From the NCBI RefSeq assembly GCF_009914755.1, contig NC_060930.1: a stretch of DNA of 64,000 nucleotides. One strand, given 5' to 3'. Both the position numbers and the translations under genes were made by a program. Within the stretch, counting starts at the first letter, position 1. Each line of letters opens with the position of its first letter. This DNA is from the human T2T-CHM13v2.0 reference genome, Homo sapiens. The notes below the pieces were generated by a model that was not told where the DNA came from, did not search any database, and saw only the letters and a list, made by a program, of their open reading frames with translations. This document shows, piece after piece, positions 63,336-64,000 of the stretch.

Positions 63336-63859
63336 CTTTGTTTCATTATATTTTATTGCTTCCCATTGAATAAAACTTTCTACTGAATACAATGGGTGTA
63401 CTTATTCTCCCCTACTATTTTGAAACAAACATTTAGAAATCTGTAAGGCAAAAAATATATTAATGGATGTTGCTAGTGGGTGTTTAAACAGTATCATTTG
63501 GGGCAGCACCTGACAAGTGTTTTGTCTTTAAATGACTTGGTAAAATGATAAGGACAACTGCACATTGAATATTTTTCAAGTTGGATGTGACTATAGGAAG
63601 TTTGAATATGGATCGGTATTTTCGCCGCAGGTGGGCATATGATTCTGATAAGGGTTTTATGGAGGCACATCTTCTGAAATGATTCAATAATGTGAAGTAT
63701 AGAAAATGAAATTACTACCATTTGTGTCTATTTCTTTGCACTATTTCTTTCCTCTTTTTGTGCTTCTAATATTGGGGATAGAAATAATTGTTTACTAGGA
63801 CTTAACACACACATTTGCCTTCTTGATGATGATGGTATTGAAGTGAAAACAGTAATCCG

Positions 63860-63944
63860 ATACTGGAAACCCAAACCTCACCATTATGCAACGTATCCAT
63901 GTAACAAACCTACACACGGATCCCCTGAATCTAAAATTAAAAAA
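63860..63944 (+). mobile_element. Short L1 (old L1PA/L1PB-like) 3' end
   Basis: ccaaacctcaccattatgcaacgtatccatgtaacaaacctacacacggatcccctgaatctaaaattaaaaaa. Confidence 0.75.
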
Positions 63945-64000
63945 TCACTTCCAAGAAATTCGGCATGGATCACAATTAGCAAGCAAGAAGCTTAAAAAAA

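Overview
Primate (almost certainly human) AT-rich, gene-poor DNA that I recognise as the HDGFL1 locus; from memory this is 6p22.3, which I could not verify. The only credible protein-coding gene is the intronless retrogene HDGFL1 (ATG 60023 to TAG 60778, 251 aa, N-terminal PWWP/HATH domain plus acidic tail). It sits in an isolated CpG island with NRF1/ETS/GC-box motifs and is followed by about 1.3 kb of HDGF-like 3' UTR ending near an AATAAA at ~62088. The preceding ~59 kb is non-coding. It contains eleven Alu elements (J, S and Y types, most with readable TSDs), a full-length MER11 (HERV-K/HML-8) solo LTR with a 6-bp TSD, MaLR LTRs (MST, MLT1), MER20, MER94 and Tigger fragments, old L1M/L2/MIR remnants and microsatellites. 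The best structural observations are a twin-primed (5'-inverted) L1PA inserted at the end of an AluJ, a 44-bp micro-L1 with a perfect 15-bp TSD, and a perfect 12-bp-arm palindrome. HDGFL1 also shows systematic changes versus its parent HDGF: lost phosphoserines, a shortened PWWP loop, a more basic surface and a (GCG)7 poly-Ala tract. I found no convincing new multi-gene system. All other ORFs in the track are repeat-derived or chance frames. Repeat subfamily calls and HDGF comparisons come from recalled sequences, not a database search.
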